A DNA stretch of 64,000 bases from contig CAWDPO010000035.1 of assembly GCA_963804165.1 (NCBI GenBank), positions 128,001 through 192,000 on the forward strand, in the 5' to 3' direction. How positions within the stretch are numbered: the first letter of the stretch is position 1; each line of letters starts with the position of its first letter. Shown piece after piece: positions 29,548 through 39,317 of the stretch. Position numbers and translations under genes: made by a program. The stretch is from an uncultured delta proteobacterium. GTDB taxonomy: Bacteria > Desulfobacterota > Binatia > UBA9968. The notes beneath the pieces were generated by a model. It saw only the letters and a list, made by a program, of their open reading frames with translations, was not told the origin of the DNA and did not search any database.

Positions 29548-31293
29548 ATGACGACGAACACGCTCCGGTGGGGATCCGGCGTCCGGCCGCCGTTATTGAG
29601 CGGCGGCAGCCTGGTTCTCATCGGCTTGGTGCTCATCCTGGTTTACCAGGTCCTCCTTCCGCTCATACTTATTGTTTGGACCAGCCTGAAAACGATCCGG
29701 CCCGGCGCTCCCGGATTCTTGGATCTGAGCTTTACGCTCTCCAATTATGCCAGGGCATACGGCATCAGAGAATTCTGGGAATCGAGCCTCAACACATTTT
29801 ATTTTGCCTCGGCAACGACGCTCTGTTCGTTTGTTTGCGGAACATTTCTCGCTTGGACCGTCGAGCGGACCAATACGCCGTTGGCGCGACTGATCGGGAC
29901 CATCACGGTGGGCCGTATCATCATACCTGGGGTGATGATCACGATTTCCTGGATTTTGATGGCGAGCCCGAGCATTGGCGTGCTGAATCATCTAATTAAT
30001 TCGCTGACCGGCATTCCGAGATTTTTTAATGTCTATTCTTTCTGGGGGATGGTTTGGGTGCAGTCCCTGGAAATGACCCCGCTGGCATACCTGTTGATGT
30101 CGGCGGCGATGCAATCGATCGATCCACGCCTGGAAGAAGCTTCGTCCATCGCCGGTGCGGGTACCTGGCCGACGTTTCGCCGCGTCACATTACCGCTGCT
30201 CCTGCCGGCGGCGGCCGCCGCAGCTTTGCTGTTGTTTATCCAAACCGTAGAAAGCTTTGAAGTGCCGCTTTTGCTCGGCGGGCGCGCGCGCGTCGCGGTC
30301 TACACGACGGAAGTCTATTTCAATACCTCACGCATGCCGACCGACTGGGGACTGTCGAGCACATACTCGATGATGCTGCTCTTGCTTGCCATGGTTCTGC
30401 TCTTCGTCTATTTCAGGCTGGTCCGTCACGGCGAGCGCTATCAGACCATTACCGGCAAGGACTACCGGCCTCGCCGTATCGATCTCGGATGGTGGAAGTA
30501 TCCTGCCTGCGCGCTAAGTTTATTACTCGTGTTTCTTATCACCGGCCTGCCTTTTCTTACGATGCTCTACGCGTCTTTGCTACCGCGCTTTCAGCCGCCG
30601 ACCGCCGAGACGCTGCAAGCCCTAACATTTTCAAACTACGCCAATCTGCTCGCCGACGATGGCTATGCTTTGAAACCGCTGTGGAACAGCACATTGCTCG
30701 GTGTCAGCACTGCGTCCATCATCATGCTTCTCGTTGCAGCGATCAGCTACTTCGTTCATAAGACCCGGCTCGGCGGCCGGAAAATTCTCGACTTCCTCGG
30801 TTTCGCGCCGATCGCGCTGCCGAGCGTCGTGCTCGGCTCGGCATTCATGTGGCTGTATCTTCTTGTGCCCCTGCCGGTCATCGGCACCCTGAGCATCATC
30901 GGCCTCGCTTATCTGACACGATATCTGCCGTTCGCCTTGCGTTTCGTTTCGACGTCGATGGTGCAGATTCACACTGAGTTGGAAGAGGCGGCGGCGGTGG
31001 CGGGCGGTGGGTGGTGGAGAAATTTCTATCACATTTACCTTCCGCTGCTCCGCCCGGGCCTCATGGCGGGCTGGTTTTGGGTGATGGTGCATGCCTACCG
31101 GGAACTCACGATCTCGCTGATGCTGGCGCGCTCGAACAATCGCACCGCTTCGGTGATTATCTTCGATCTCTGGTCGAACGGTTCCTTTCCGCTGCTGAGT
31201 GCGTTCGGCGTCCTCATGTTCACGATCTTGATTGTCCTCGTCTCCATCGCGCAGAAAATCAGCGCGCGATATGGGATTCAGGAGCGGGTGTAA
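29548..31293 (+). CDS. Fe(III)-type ABC permease (two fused halves)
   Basis: Two EAA loops (LEEASSIAGA, LEEAAAVAGG), about 12 TM. Confidence 0.9.
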   Translation: MTTNTLRWGSGVRPPLLSGGSLVLIGLVLILVYQVLLPLILIVWTSLKTIRPGAPGFLDLSFTLSNYARAYGIREFWESSLNTFYFASATTLCSFVCGTFLAWTVERTNTPLARLIGTITVGRIIIPGVMITISWILMASPSIGVLNHLINSLTGIPRFFNVYSFWGMVWVQSLEMTPLAYLLMSAAMQSIDPRLEEASSIAGAGTWPTFRRVTLPLLLPAAAAAALLLFIQTVESFEVPLLLGGRARVAVYTTEVYFNTSRMPTDWGLSSTYSMMLLLLAMVLLFVYFRLVRHGERYQTITGKDYRPRRIDLGWWKYPACALSLLLVFLITGLPFLTMLYASLLPRFQPPTAETLQALTFSNYANLLADDGYALKPLWNSTLLGVSTASIIMLLVAAISYFVHKTRLGGRKILDFLGFAPIALPSVVLGSAFMWLYLLVPLPVIGTLSIIGLAYLTRYLPFALRFVSTSMVQIHTELEEAAAVAGGGWWRNFYHIYLPLLRPGLMAGWFWVMVHAYRELTISLMLARSNNRTASVIIFDLWSNGSFPLLSAFGVLMFTILIVLVSIAQKISARYGIQERV

Positions 31294-31425
31294 GGTCGCC
31301 GACCTTTAAAATCGTACAAGAATCTGTACATACCCGTAGGAAAATTCCTTCGACAGATTGTTTCAGAGGTGTCTGAATCCTCGAAATAGAGCCTTAAATC
31401 GAGGGTTTTTAAGCTTGTTATCTGC

Positions 31426-31441
31426 TTGGCATTGGCGTTGC
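31426..31441 (+). promoter_or_regulatory. Sigma54 (-24/-12) promoter upstream of the USP gene
   Basis: TTGGCATTGGCGTTGC matches TGGCA-N6-TTGC with GG-N10-GC spacing; GGAGG RBS follows. Confidence 0.6.
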
Positions 31442-31473
31442 CTCCTTAGAGAAAGTAGAGGGAGGTGAACGTT

Positions 31474-32031
31474 ATGATCACACTAAAAAGGATTCTCGTC
31501 CCAACAGATTTCTCTGTCGGCTCAGTGCCGGCAATCGGGTATGCGCTCTCGCTCGCAAAGGCGCACGGCTCTGACGTGATCGTGCTTCATGCTCTTCCGA
31601 CTGAATCGATCAGAGAGCGGTTTTCGGATAGCTACGCACCGGGAGGGTTGGCTGCGCCCCCGGAGGCTCCGATGGGCGCTATTCGCCAGCCTGATTCCGC
31701 GGGTATACTCGAAAGAAAAAAGCAGGTCCTCCGTACCTTTCTGGCGCAACGGATCTCGCCCGAGCTGCTCGGAGCGGTGAAGATCAGCGATCTCATTAGG
31801 GTCGGCAAGGTCGTTGAAGAGATCATAGCCGCCGCAAAAGAGGAGCAGTGTGATTTGATAGTAATGACAAGTCACGCAGGCCGGCTGAGAAGGTTATTGC
31901 AGGGTAGCTTTACAGACCGTGTTCTCCGGAAAGCTCCGTGCCCCGTACTATCGATCCAGCCTTGGGCGGAGATCAGGACAGAGGAAAATAGACGCGTGCC
32001 GGTAAGGCTGATAGACAAGTGGGCCGCCTGA
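31474..32031 (+). CDS. Universal stress protein
   Basis: KRILVPTDFS, CDLIVMTSH, GSFTDRVLRKAPCPVLSI. Confidence 0.92.
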   Translation: MITLKRILVPTDFSVGSVPAIGYALSLAKAHGSDVIVLHALPTESIRERFSDSYAPGGLAAPPEAPMGAIRQPDSAGILERKKQVLRTFLAQRISPELLGAVKISDLIRVGKVVEEIIAAAKEEQCDLIVMTSHAGRLRRLLQGSFTDRVLRKAPCPVLSIQPWAEIRTEENRRVPVRLIDKWAA

Positions 32032-32086
32032 TTTTTCTGATCGGCAGTTTTCTGACGTGCGAGCAGCGGACGTTGCAGTTTAGCAG

Positions 32087-33220
32087 CTAGGCACGGGATT
32101 GATCCTCGCTCGAAAAAACTGCGTGCAAATCTCTGTACAGCAGCCGATGAAAAAGATGTTCTCCTGCTTCACGTCGAACGGACAGCCGCCCCGTCGAGTA
32201 CGCGCGCGAATTTAAACCGCGCTGGACAGACTCGCAGATGGCTACGTCTTCGGCTTGGATTTGCTCGCTGACGGCGATGCTGGCGAGATTGCGTTCTCTG
32301 GCTTGGCGCGAAACGTCAGCAAAGTAATAATCGAAGATGACTTCGGTCTTGTCGACACCGCGTGGAATGACGAGATTCGTATCCATCACGCCGTCGTAAA
32401 TGTTGATCATCAGATTGGGGTAGATCCAATAGTATAACGCGCGATCGCCTTTGCGGACTTCCGCGGTTTTCACTTCGCCTGCATTAGAAACGATCGGGCT
32501 CGACTGCAAACAAAAGCGCTCACCGGTTTCGATCGTGTAGCTGCTGTACTCGAGCACGCTGTTCAATCCGCCGTGAATGTGCGGCACGTGATAGCCGCCG
32601 TCGAGATAATTGTCGACAAAGACTTTCCAGTTGCAGTTAAGCCAGTAGTGGCGACGCTCAAACCATTTCATTCGTTCAAGGTCCAAACGATCGAAACGTT
32701 CAAGGAGATCCTTGCCAAGAAAAACTTCGAGCGACGGATTTCCAGGCCTGAGCTTCACGAACACCCAATTATTCCAGACCGCAGTTTGAACGGGAATAAG
32801 CCCGTTCGCGGCACGGTCGAAATTGGCGACGCCGCCAAATTCGGGGGTAAGAATCAGAGCGCCTTCGAGATTGTACGTCCAGCCGTGATAAGGGCAGCGA
32901 AGGTTCTCGGCTTTTCCCTCGGGTTTCGTCATGACGGTAGCGGCATGATGGCGGCAGACGTTGAAAAAGCCGCGGAGGATATTATCACTGCCTCTAACGA
33001 CTAGAATCGGTTCGCCAGCGACGTCACAAGTGAGGTAGTTGCCCGGATCGCACACCTGAATGATGCGGCCGACAAGCTGCCACGATTGCGAAAGGACCGT
33101 TTTTTGCTCAAGCTCGAGTATTCGAGGATCGGTGTACCACGAAGATGGTGGGGTCGATGCCTCAATTAAATGAGCATCGGGATTGTAGTTTGCGATGATT
33201 TCTCGGATCGAAACTGCCAT
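32087..33220 (-). CDS. Rieske non-heme iron oxygenase alpha subunit (choline monooxygenase-like)
   Basis: CRHH...CPYHGW Rieske motif; NWKVFVDNYLDGGYHVPHIH and ED..ICESVQRGL. Confidence 0.9.
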   Translation of the reverse strand: MAVSIREIIANYNPDAHLIEASTPPSSWYTDPRILELEQKTVLSQSWQLVGRIIQVCDPGNYLTCDVAGEPILVVRGSDNILRGFFNVCRHHAATVMTKPEGKAENLRCPYHGWTYNLEGALILTPEFGGVANFDRAANGLIPVQTAVWNNWVFVKLRPGNPSLEVFLGKDLLERFDRLDLERMKWFERRHYWLNCNWKVFVDNYLDGGYHVPHIHGGLNSVLEYSSYTIETGERFCLQSSPIVSNAGEVKTAEVRKGDRALYYWIYPNLMINIYDGVMDTNLVIPRGVDKTEVIFDYYFADVSRQARERNLASIAVSEQIQAEDVAICESVQRGLNSRAYSTGRLSVRREAGEHLFHRLLYRDLHAVFSSEDQSRA

Positions 33221-33265
33221 TCGGCTCCGGGCCTACATATCAATCGACCTGCGGATACGAGAAGC

Positions 33266-34239
33266 TTATCGTGTCACTCCAGGGTTTGCCACCTCCCGCC
33301 GGGCTTGATCCGCGAAAGTCCAGTTGCGCACCTTGTCGAGCGGGACAGGGTCTTTGGCCTTCAGCTCTAAAATCGACTGATCTACCACGACTTTGACGGC
33401 GGCGTCGGAAACGACTCCGCCTTCCGACCAGCTTCGTTTTCCCAGCTCGTAGCTTTTCGCTGCGACTTCTTGATCGACTCGCACCCAGTTTACCAGTATG
33501 CGCATGGTTTCTTCGGGATGACCTTTGGCGAAGGCGATGGCGCGGAAAACCGCTCTGATCATTGCAAGGATTTGTTTGGGTTTTTCTGAATCGTCTCGTC
33601 GCGAACGCCGAGACCGGCAAGCGGCAGCTCCAATCGTTCGCCCAGCCACAGGAGTTCCTTGTAACCGGCTTTTTCCGCCTGCAGGTTAAATGGCGGCGAG
33701 AGAACGGTGGCGTCCACCGTGCCTGTGACCAGGGAAGTATAGCGGGCGCTATTGCCGCCCATTTGTAAGCGGACGAGGTCCCGGTCAAAATCCATTCCCT
33801 CTTCAGTGATCACCGTACGCAAGGCGAGATCGGCGGTGGCGCCGAAGCTGCCAATGGCAATGCGCTTACCTTTGAGCTCTTTGATCGATCGTATTTCTCT
33901 TCTTGCGATCAAGAAATAATCGGGGCGCCCCTGCAGGACGGACACCAACTTTACCGGGAGACCGCCGGTGGCCGCTTTGATAATGGAGGTGCACGGAGTG
34001 GCGTAATCGACGTTGCGGGTAAGAAGAGCATTGACCGCGATGTTGGTTCTCATGGTGATGGTCAAAACGTCCAGGCCCTCGTCGCGAAAAAACCCCTTTC
34101 GCGTGGCGATCTCTAACGGCAGCGTACTTACTGCGGGACCCGTCGAGGCGATTTTTACATCGTCATCGGCGTTTACTTGGAGGAGCGACGAGAGGAAAAG
34201 CCAGACCGAGATAGACAACAGCCGCGATATCGACCGCAT
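33266..34239 (-). CDS. NitT/TauT-family substrate-binding protein, frameshift near 33580
   Basis: KGFFRDEGLDV, LKGKRIAIGSFG; continues in the 33266..33649 frame. Confidence 0.85.
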
Positions 34240-34294
34240 TTTGAATCCGCCGCGGCTGTGAAGCGCCTATGCGCGTACACGAATTTGAAATCTT

Positions 34295-34642
34295 TTAGTC
34301 TTTGGCCGTCACGTGCGCGCCGCCGAACGCTTCGGAGCGATTACCCACAAGGACGAGCGGTTCTTCGCCGACGTTCGTGATTTGGTAGTAGTCTTTGGCG
34401 CCGAAAAATACGATTTCGTTTTTCTCGATTATGCGCTCGTCGCCTTTTAATCCCTTCACCGATGCCCTTCCCTGCAGTACCAGAAATGTCTCGGGCGACA
34501 TATGGTAATGCATATCCGTGTGATCGCCCGGCTGAAAATAGAGTATCCACGAGCGAAACGTTTCGCTGCCAAAAAGCGGCACAAAGCGTTTGTTTTCGTT
34601 TTGAGCCGTGCGCATGGTGTCGTTGATATTAGCAAATTCCAT
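34295..34642 (-). CDS. Cupin domain protein
   Basis: PGDHTDMHYHMSPETFLVLQG. Confidence 0.85.
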   Translation of the reverse strand: MEFANINDTMRTAQNENKRFVPLFGSETFRSWILYFQPGDHTDMHYHMSPETFLVLQGRASVKGLKGDERIIEKNEIVFFGAKDYYQITNVGEEPLVLVGNRSEAFGGAHVTAKD

Positions 34643-34682
34643 GATCCCTCCGCCGAGCCGTGTCGTCGCGTCGAAAAAATAC

Positions 34683-35495
34683 TCAGTCAGTTAGATCCAG
34701 GAGCACACCGTCCGGATCCGACAGGCTCTGCTTGCAGAGCTTGCACCCTTCGAAATTTTGCTTGTGCCGTTCACCTTCGCGGCCGATGGCGACCTTTCGC
34801 GGCGCGGAAGTTGGCGCGTCTTTGGCCAGGGCTTCCAGGTCCTTATTGGTTTGCTCGAGGCTGTCGACTTTGAAACCAAAATGTTCCAGACCAGCATAAA
34901 GCCCCCGGTGGGTAGCCATGCTCCATGGTCGGATCGCCAAGCCTACTTTGCCGTCGGTGAGGTAGTAACTGTTGTCGCCAGACAAGCCCTCGACCGGTTG
35001 GAGATCAAAAACTTTTTGGTAGAACTCGGCGATATGCGCCGGACGGCCGCTGCGCATGCAGATGTGATTGATCCAGCGTGGCTGTTCCCAGCCAAACTCG
35101 ACGTACCCTTCGCGCACATTGGCCATGCCTTTTTGCGATAAATCGTACTGGTTGCCGTCGGGGTCGTGGCCGCGCAGCCCGGCAAACGGGACGTGACCCG
35201 GGCTCTCGGAAATATAGATGTCCGGATAAGATTGCTTAACCCGCTCGCGCACGACATCAACACTCTCGACGGCAAAGCCAAAATGATCGAAGCCCGCACG
35301 GAAGCCCGGCTGACGTTGTAACAGCGCCAGACCAATCACGCCGTCGCTCAGATGGCCGCGGTTCTTGTTGTATTCTCCAGTCTCGTCAGTCATCCCGTTG
35401 GTGATCTTTTTCATACCGAAGATCGTCTGATAGAATTTCGCCTCTCGGTCCCAATTTTCTGTCATTACAGCGATGTGGCGTATGCTCGCGAACAT
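34683..35495 (-). CDS. Tandem VOC family protein, paralogue of 15886..16767
   Basis: IRHIAV, GFDHFGFAV, HDPDGNQYDL, YYLTDGKV, GLEHFGFKV, DPDGVLLDL. Confidence 0.88.
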   Translation of the reverse strand: MFASIRHIAVMTENWDREAKFYQTIFGMKKITNGMTDETGEYNKNRGHLSDGVIGLALLQRQPGFRAGFDHFGFAVESVDVVRERVKQSYPDIYISESPGHVPFAGLRGHDPDGNQYDLSQKGMANVREGYVEFGWEQPRWINHICMRSGRPAHIAEFYQKVFDLQPVEGLSGDNSYYLTDGKVGLAIRPWSMATHRGLYAGLEHFGFKVDSLEQTNKDLEALAKDAPTSAPRKVAIGREGERHKQNFEGCKLCKQSLSDPDGVLLDLTD

Positions 35496-35662
35496 GGTCG
35501 TGTCCTCCTTGTGATCGGATTCATGTCAAAGTTGTTTGCTGCTGTCAACTCTATCGTATCGGCGAATTTCTGCCGGGCGTCGACAACGGCAAAGAAGTCA
35601 CTTCTGCTTGATTCTACCATGCCGTGAGGATAGAAGAACATCGACGCTCCCGTAGGATTTCC

Positions 35663-36523
35663 ATGACGATTCGTTCTTTTGACTTGTTGCAGCCACGATC
35701 TCTACTTGAAGCGGTCGAGATGCTCGCCGAGCATGGCGATGAGGCCCGTGCACTCGGTGGCGGCACGACGCTGATTATCTTGATGAAGCAACGCGCCCTA
35801 TATTATCGATATTTAGTCGATCTGCAGACGATCCCGGGGCTGGCCGACATCAAGAGCGAATCTGACGGTTTGCGCATCGGTGCACTGGTGACGCACCGAA
35901 CGGTTGAGCTGTCAGCGGATCTTCGGCAAGCGTTTCCAGCGGTCGCCGAGGCTTTTAGTCACATCGGAAATGTTCGGGTCCGTCAAACGGCGTCGGTCGG
36001 CGGTAATCTCGCTCACGCCGACTACCGACTCGACCCGCCGCCGGCACTCCTGGTACTCGGCGCCGAGATCACCGCATTTGGTCCTCGTGGTTACCGCACG
36101 ATCCCGCTTGGCGAATTTTTTCAGGGAATCTATGAGACGGCGCTGGAGCCAGGAGAATTATTGGTGGATGTCAGAATCCCATTCATGCCGCCAAACAGTC
36201 ACGCGGTTTACCTGCGTTACACCGCGTTGTCGGCGAACGACTGGCCGTGTTTGGGCGTCGCCGCATTTTTGACAAAAGAAAACGGACGCTGTAAAGAGCT
36301 GCGCGTGGCACTTGGGGGCGTGGCGGCGACGCCGTTATTGATGGACGGGCTGGAATTCGCCAACGATCAATCGCTCGACCCTGCCGTCATCGACAAGCTG
36401 CTCGACAAAGTTGACCAACAGATATCGCCATTCGCTGATCTCCGTGGCTCAGAATGGTACAAACGGCGCATGGCTCGACTTTTCGTGAAAAAGGCGGTCG
36501 AGCAGCTACAGAGTTTGCAGTAA
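35663..36523 (+). CDS. Molybdo-flavoenzyme FAD-binding subunit (CoxM/XdhB-like)
   Basis: LGGGTTL, LRIGALVTH, IGNVRVRQTASVGGNLAHAD, DLRGSEWYK. Confidence 0.9.
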   Translation: MTIRSFDLLQPRSLLEAVEMLAEHGDEARALGGGTTLIILMKQRALYYRYLVDLQTIPGLADIKSESDGLRIGALVTHRTVELSADLRQAFPAVAEAFSHIGNVRVRQTASVGGNLAHADYRLDPPPALLVLGAEITAFGPRGYRTIPLGEFFQGIYETALEPGELLVDVRIPFMPPNSHAVYLRYTALSANDWPCLGVAAFLTKENGRCKELRVALGGVAATPLLMDGLEFANDQSLDPAVIDKLLDKVDQQISPFADLRGSEWYKRRMARLFVKKAVEQLQSLQ

Positions 36524-36598
36524 TTTTGTATTGAATTTGAAATGGCTACCGGCGCGGGTCGATAAACGCGACGCGGGCATCGTCAGTCACTGACCTTT

Positions 36599-37084
36599 AT
36601 GAAGCGTGAGATCACCCTAAACGTCAATGGGCAGGCCGAAAACCTAGAAATCGACGATGCGGACATCCTGCTCGACGTGTTGCGCGACCGCCTTAAACTG
36701 TGGAGCGTGCGCGAAAGTTGCGGTGTCGGCGCGTGCGGCAGTTGCACCGTGCTTTTCGATGGCAAGCCGGTTAGTTCTTGCTTTCTTCTCGCGGCTCGCG
36801 CGGCGGGTCACGAGATTACGACGCTTGAGGGTCTCGGCGACGGCCACGCACTGCACTCTATCCAAGAGGCTTTCGTTGAAGAGCGAGCGCTGCAGTGCGC
36901 CTATTGCACGCCCGGGTTCGTTCTCACGGTAAAGGCGTTTCTCGACGAGTATCCGGAGCCATCCGATGAAGAAATTCGTGATTACCTTTCAGGTAATCTG
37001 TGCCGCTGCGCCGGCTATGCGGATATTTTCCGCGCGGTGCGCGCAGCACAGCGAAAATTTGCAGACTCAAGACACAAATCCTAA
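36599..37084 (+). CDS. Molybdo-flavoenzyme 2x[2Fe-2S] subunit (CoxS-like)
   Basis: CGVGACGSCTV...SC and QCAYCTPG...NLCRC. Confidence 0.92.
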   Translation: MKREITLNVNGQAENLEIDDADILLDVLRDRLKLWSVRESCGVGACGSCTVLFDGKPVSSCFLLAARAAGHEITTLEGLGDGHALHSIQEAFVEERALQCAYCTPGFVLTVKAFLDEYPEPSDEEIRDYLSGNLCRCAGYADIFRAVRAAQRKFADSRHKS

Positions 37085-37313
37085 CTCGATACGACTGGTC
37101 TGATTGAACCGCAATCGCCTCACTAGTTCATTTTTGTACCGTCACAGTTATCCGCGCAAAAAATCCTTACGACAAAATTGTGCCGGCCCGCGTTGAGTTG
37201 TGCGTCGGCGTGCGTCGATTCGCCAACACTTTATCTCCGATTCGTAGTCAACCCGTTAAATTGTCTAATAAATAAAAGAGGAGCGCTGGGCGCGGTCAAT
37301 ACTAGTTGGCATC

Positions 37314-37329
37314 TGGCATGCTATATGCA
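37314..37329 (+). promoter_or_regulatory. Possible sigma54 promoter upstream of the histidine kinase
   Basis: TGGCATGCTATATGCA, GG-N10-GC spacing, about 35 nt before ATG 37363. Confidence 0.45.
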
Positions 37330-37362
37330 CCTGAAAAGAATAAGAAAAACGACTATCCACCT

Positions 37363-39261
37363 ATGGAAAAAGCCTCCCCAATTGACCCGACATTTTTGGC
37401 TCGGCGGCAGTGGACTTTCGACCGGCTGTTCGATGCCGCGAAAAAGGATACGGTCATCCGGCTTCGTTGGCCGTTGGTGATCCTGTCATCTTATCTTCTT
37501 TACTACACGCCGAGTGAGTGGCTGACACCCACCCAGGTTCAAGCGGTTTTGATTCTCTATCTGCTCAGCCATTCGACGCTCTATTTTTTGGCCGACGACC
37601 TATTTGATTCGCCTTATTTTTATGGCCCCCTCTTGGTTTTCGATACCATTGTGCTCGGGGCGGTCCTTAGCACCAGTGGAACGGCAAGTCCGGATTTTTA
37701 CTTCGCCTGTCTTTTTACCGTGATCTTGAGTTGTATTTGTAATGATGCCCGTGGCTTACTGGTCGTCACGATACTGGCCCCGCTCATTTACGGGTACTTC
37801 GTCTTTAACAGCGGCGAGTCTTTGTTGAATCCGAGCATCTATTTGCGGTTGCCGTTCCCATTCGTGATCTCTTTATTCTACGGCTATTTTGCCCAGGTCG
37901 AGCGACTACGGCGGACCTCGCGGGATAAAGAGGAACAAATGAAGCGGCAGCAGAAGGCCGCAGAAGAAATTCGCCGCCAACGCGAACGGTTGGAAGTCCT
38001 GCATGAGGTCAATTTGTCGGTCACGTCAACTATCGATAAAGCGGAGATCCTTGCGTCATTTCTGGAGACGGCGCTCCTGCATCTTCCCTATGCAGCAGCG
38101 ATCGTTAGGCTCAAAAGTACCGGAGCCGACATCCCGGAATCGGTGGCCGCCCGTGGATTTAAAACCGGAACGTTTGACGCTGCAAACGGGTCGTTGGATT
38201 TCACCGATCGCGTGGTGGTCGAGCAACGGCCGGTCCAAGTTCGGAACGTTTTCACGGATCGGCAGCTGCAAAATCTTAAATTCTTTGAAGATGAAGGGCT
38301 CGTGTCATTTCTTGGCGTTCCGCTCGTGGCCAATAACCAGGTGCTCGGGTGTTTAGTTTTTTTGACACGCGAGGAGCACGAATTCAACGAAGAAGAGGTC
38401 GATTTTTTATCGACCCTCGCCGGCCAGGCAGCTATCTCGATCCATCATTCAGAGCTATATGATCGAAGCCAGCGACAGGCAGAGGAGCTTATCGATGCGC
38501 ACAAGATCAAAGACGAGTTTTTGAAAGTCGTCTCGACGCAGCTCAAGACGCCGCTAAACGTGATTACGGGTTACTCGGACATGTTTTTACAAGGGTTGTT
38601 GGGCGAAATGACTCCGATTCAAGAAAAAGCAGTCGAAACTGTCGCAAGGCAGTCCAAAGAATTGCATGGACTGATCAATACCGTGCTGCAGGTAAGCAGC
38701 ATTGAGGCTGAGACGTTGCAGGTCGACCTCCACGAGGTCAACTTGTGGGAATTCCTTTCTGAGCTACGAGCGTTTTACGATTATCCGCTCGCGAAAGACG
38801 TAAAGTTGGTCTGGAATTATTCGGCCGATTTGCCCTCGGTTCAAGGTGACCGGGCCAAGCTTAGGCGTATCCTGGAAAATCTCATCGGCAATGCGCTCAA
38901 GTTCACTGAACACGGCACAGTCGCGATTCTGGCACGTTACTTGGCGGACAAAAAAATGCTCGAGTTTAGGGTCAGCGACACGGGAATAGGGATCCCGCAG
39001 GAACAAATTTCCACAATTTTTCAGAAATTCCGCCAGGCGAGCGCGCACACAGGAATGGAGCATGGCGGTGTCGGATTGGGGCTCTACATCGTCAAAAAGT
39101 ATCTCGATCTCCTTGGCGGCACGATCCAAGTTGAAAGCCGCACCGGCGAGGGGTCGACGTTTATTCTGCGGATACCCGCGCCATTGCACAGCAACTCGGC
39201 CGCGCATGAACAACTTCTATTGCCGACCGCGGAAGAAACCCTTGGAGCGGAATCGAGATGA
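37363..39261 (+). CDS. Membrane sensor with GAF, HisKA and HATPase domains; H-box lacks His as sequenced
   Basis: N-terminal TM helices, GAF (SFLGVPL...LAGQAAISI), EFLKVVSTQLKTPL, NLIGNALKFT, DTGIGI, GVGLGL. Confidence 0.88.
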   Translation: MEKASPIDPTFLARRQWTFDRLFDAAKKDTVIRLRWPLVILSSYLLYYTPSEWLTPTQVQAVLILYLLSHSTLYFLADDLFDSPYFYGPLLVFDTIVLGAVLSTSGTASPDFYFACLFTVILSCICNDARGLLVVTILAPLIYGYFVFNSGESLLNPSIYLRLPFPFVISLFYGYFAQVERLRRTSRDKEEQMKRQQKAAEEIRRQRERLEVLHEVNLSVTSTIDKAEILASFLETALLHLPYAAAIVRLKSTGADIPESVAARGFKTGTFDAANGSLDFTDRVVVEQRPVQVRNVFTDRQLQNLKFFEDEGLVSFLGVPLVANNQVLGCLVFLTREEHEFNEEEVDFLSTLAGQAAISIHHSELYDRSQRQAEELIDAHKIKDEFLKVVSTQLKTPLNVITGYSDMFLQGLLGEMTPIQEKAVETVARQSKELHGLINTVLQVSSIEAETLQVDLHEVNLWEFLSELRAFYDYPLAKDVKLVWNYSADLPSVQGDRAKLRRILENLIGNALKFTEHGTVAILARYLADKKMLEFRVSDTGIGIPQEQISTIFQKFRQASAHTGMEHGGVGLGLYIVKKYLDLLGGTIQVESRTGEGSTFILRIPAPLHSNSAAHEQLLLPTAEETLGAESR

Positions 39262-39317
39262 GAGGTTTAAAACGACGACGATCTAACTTCGATGAAGCGC
39301 GTCGGTCTCGGATGCGC

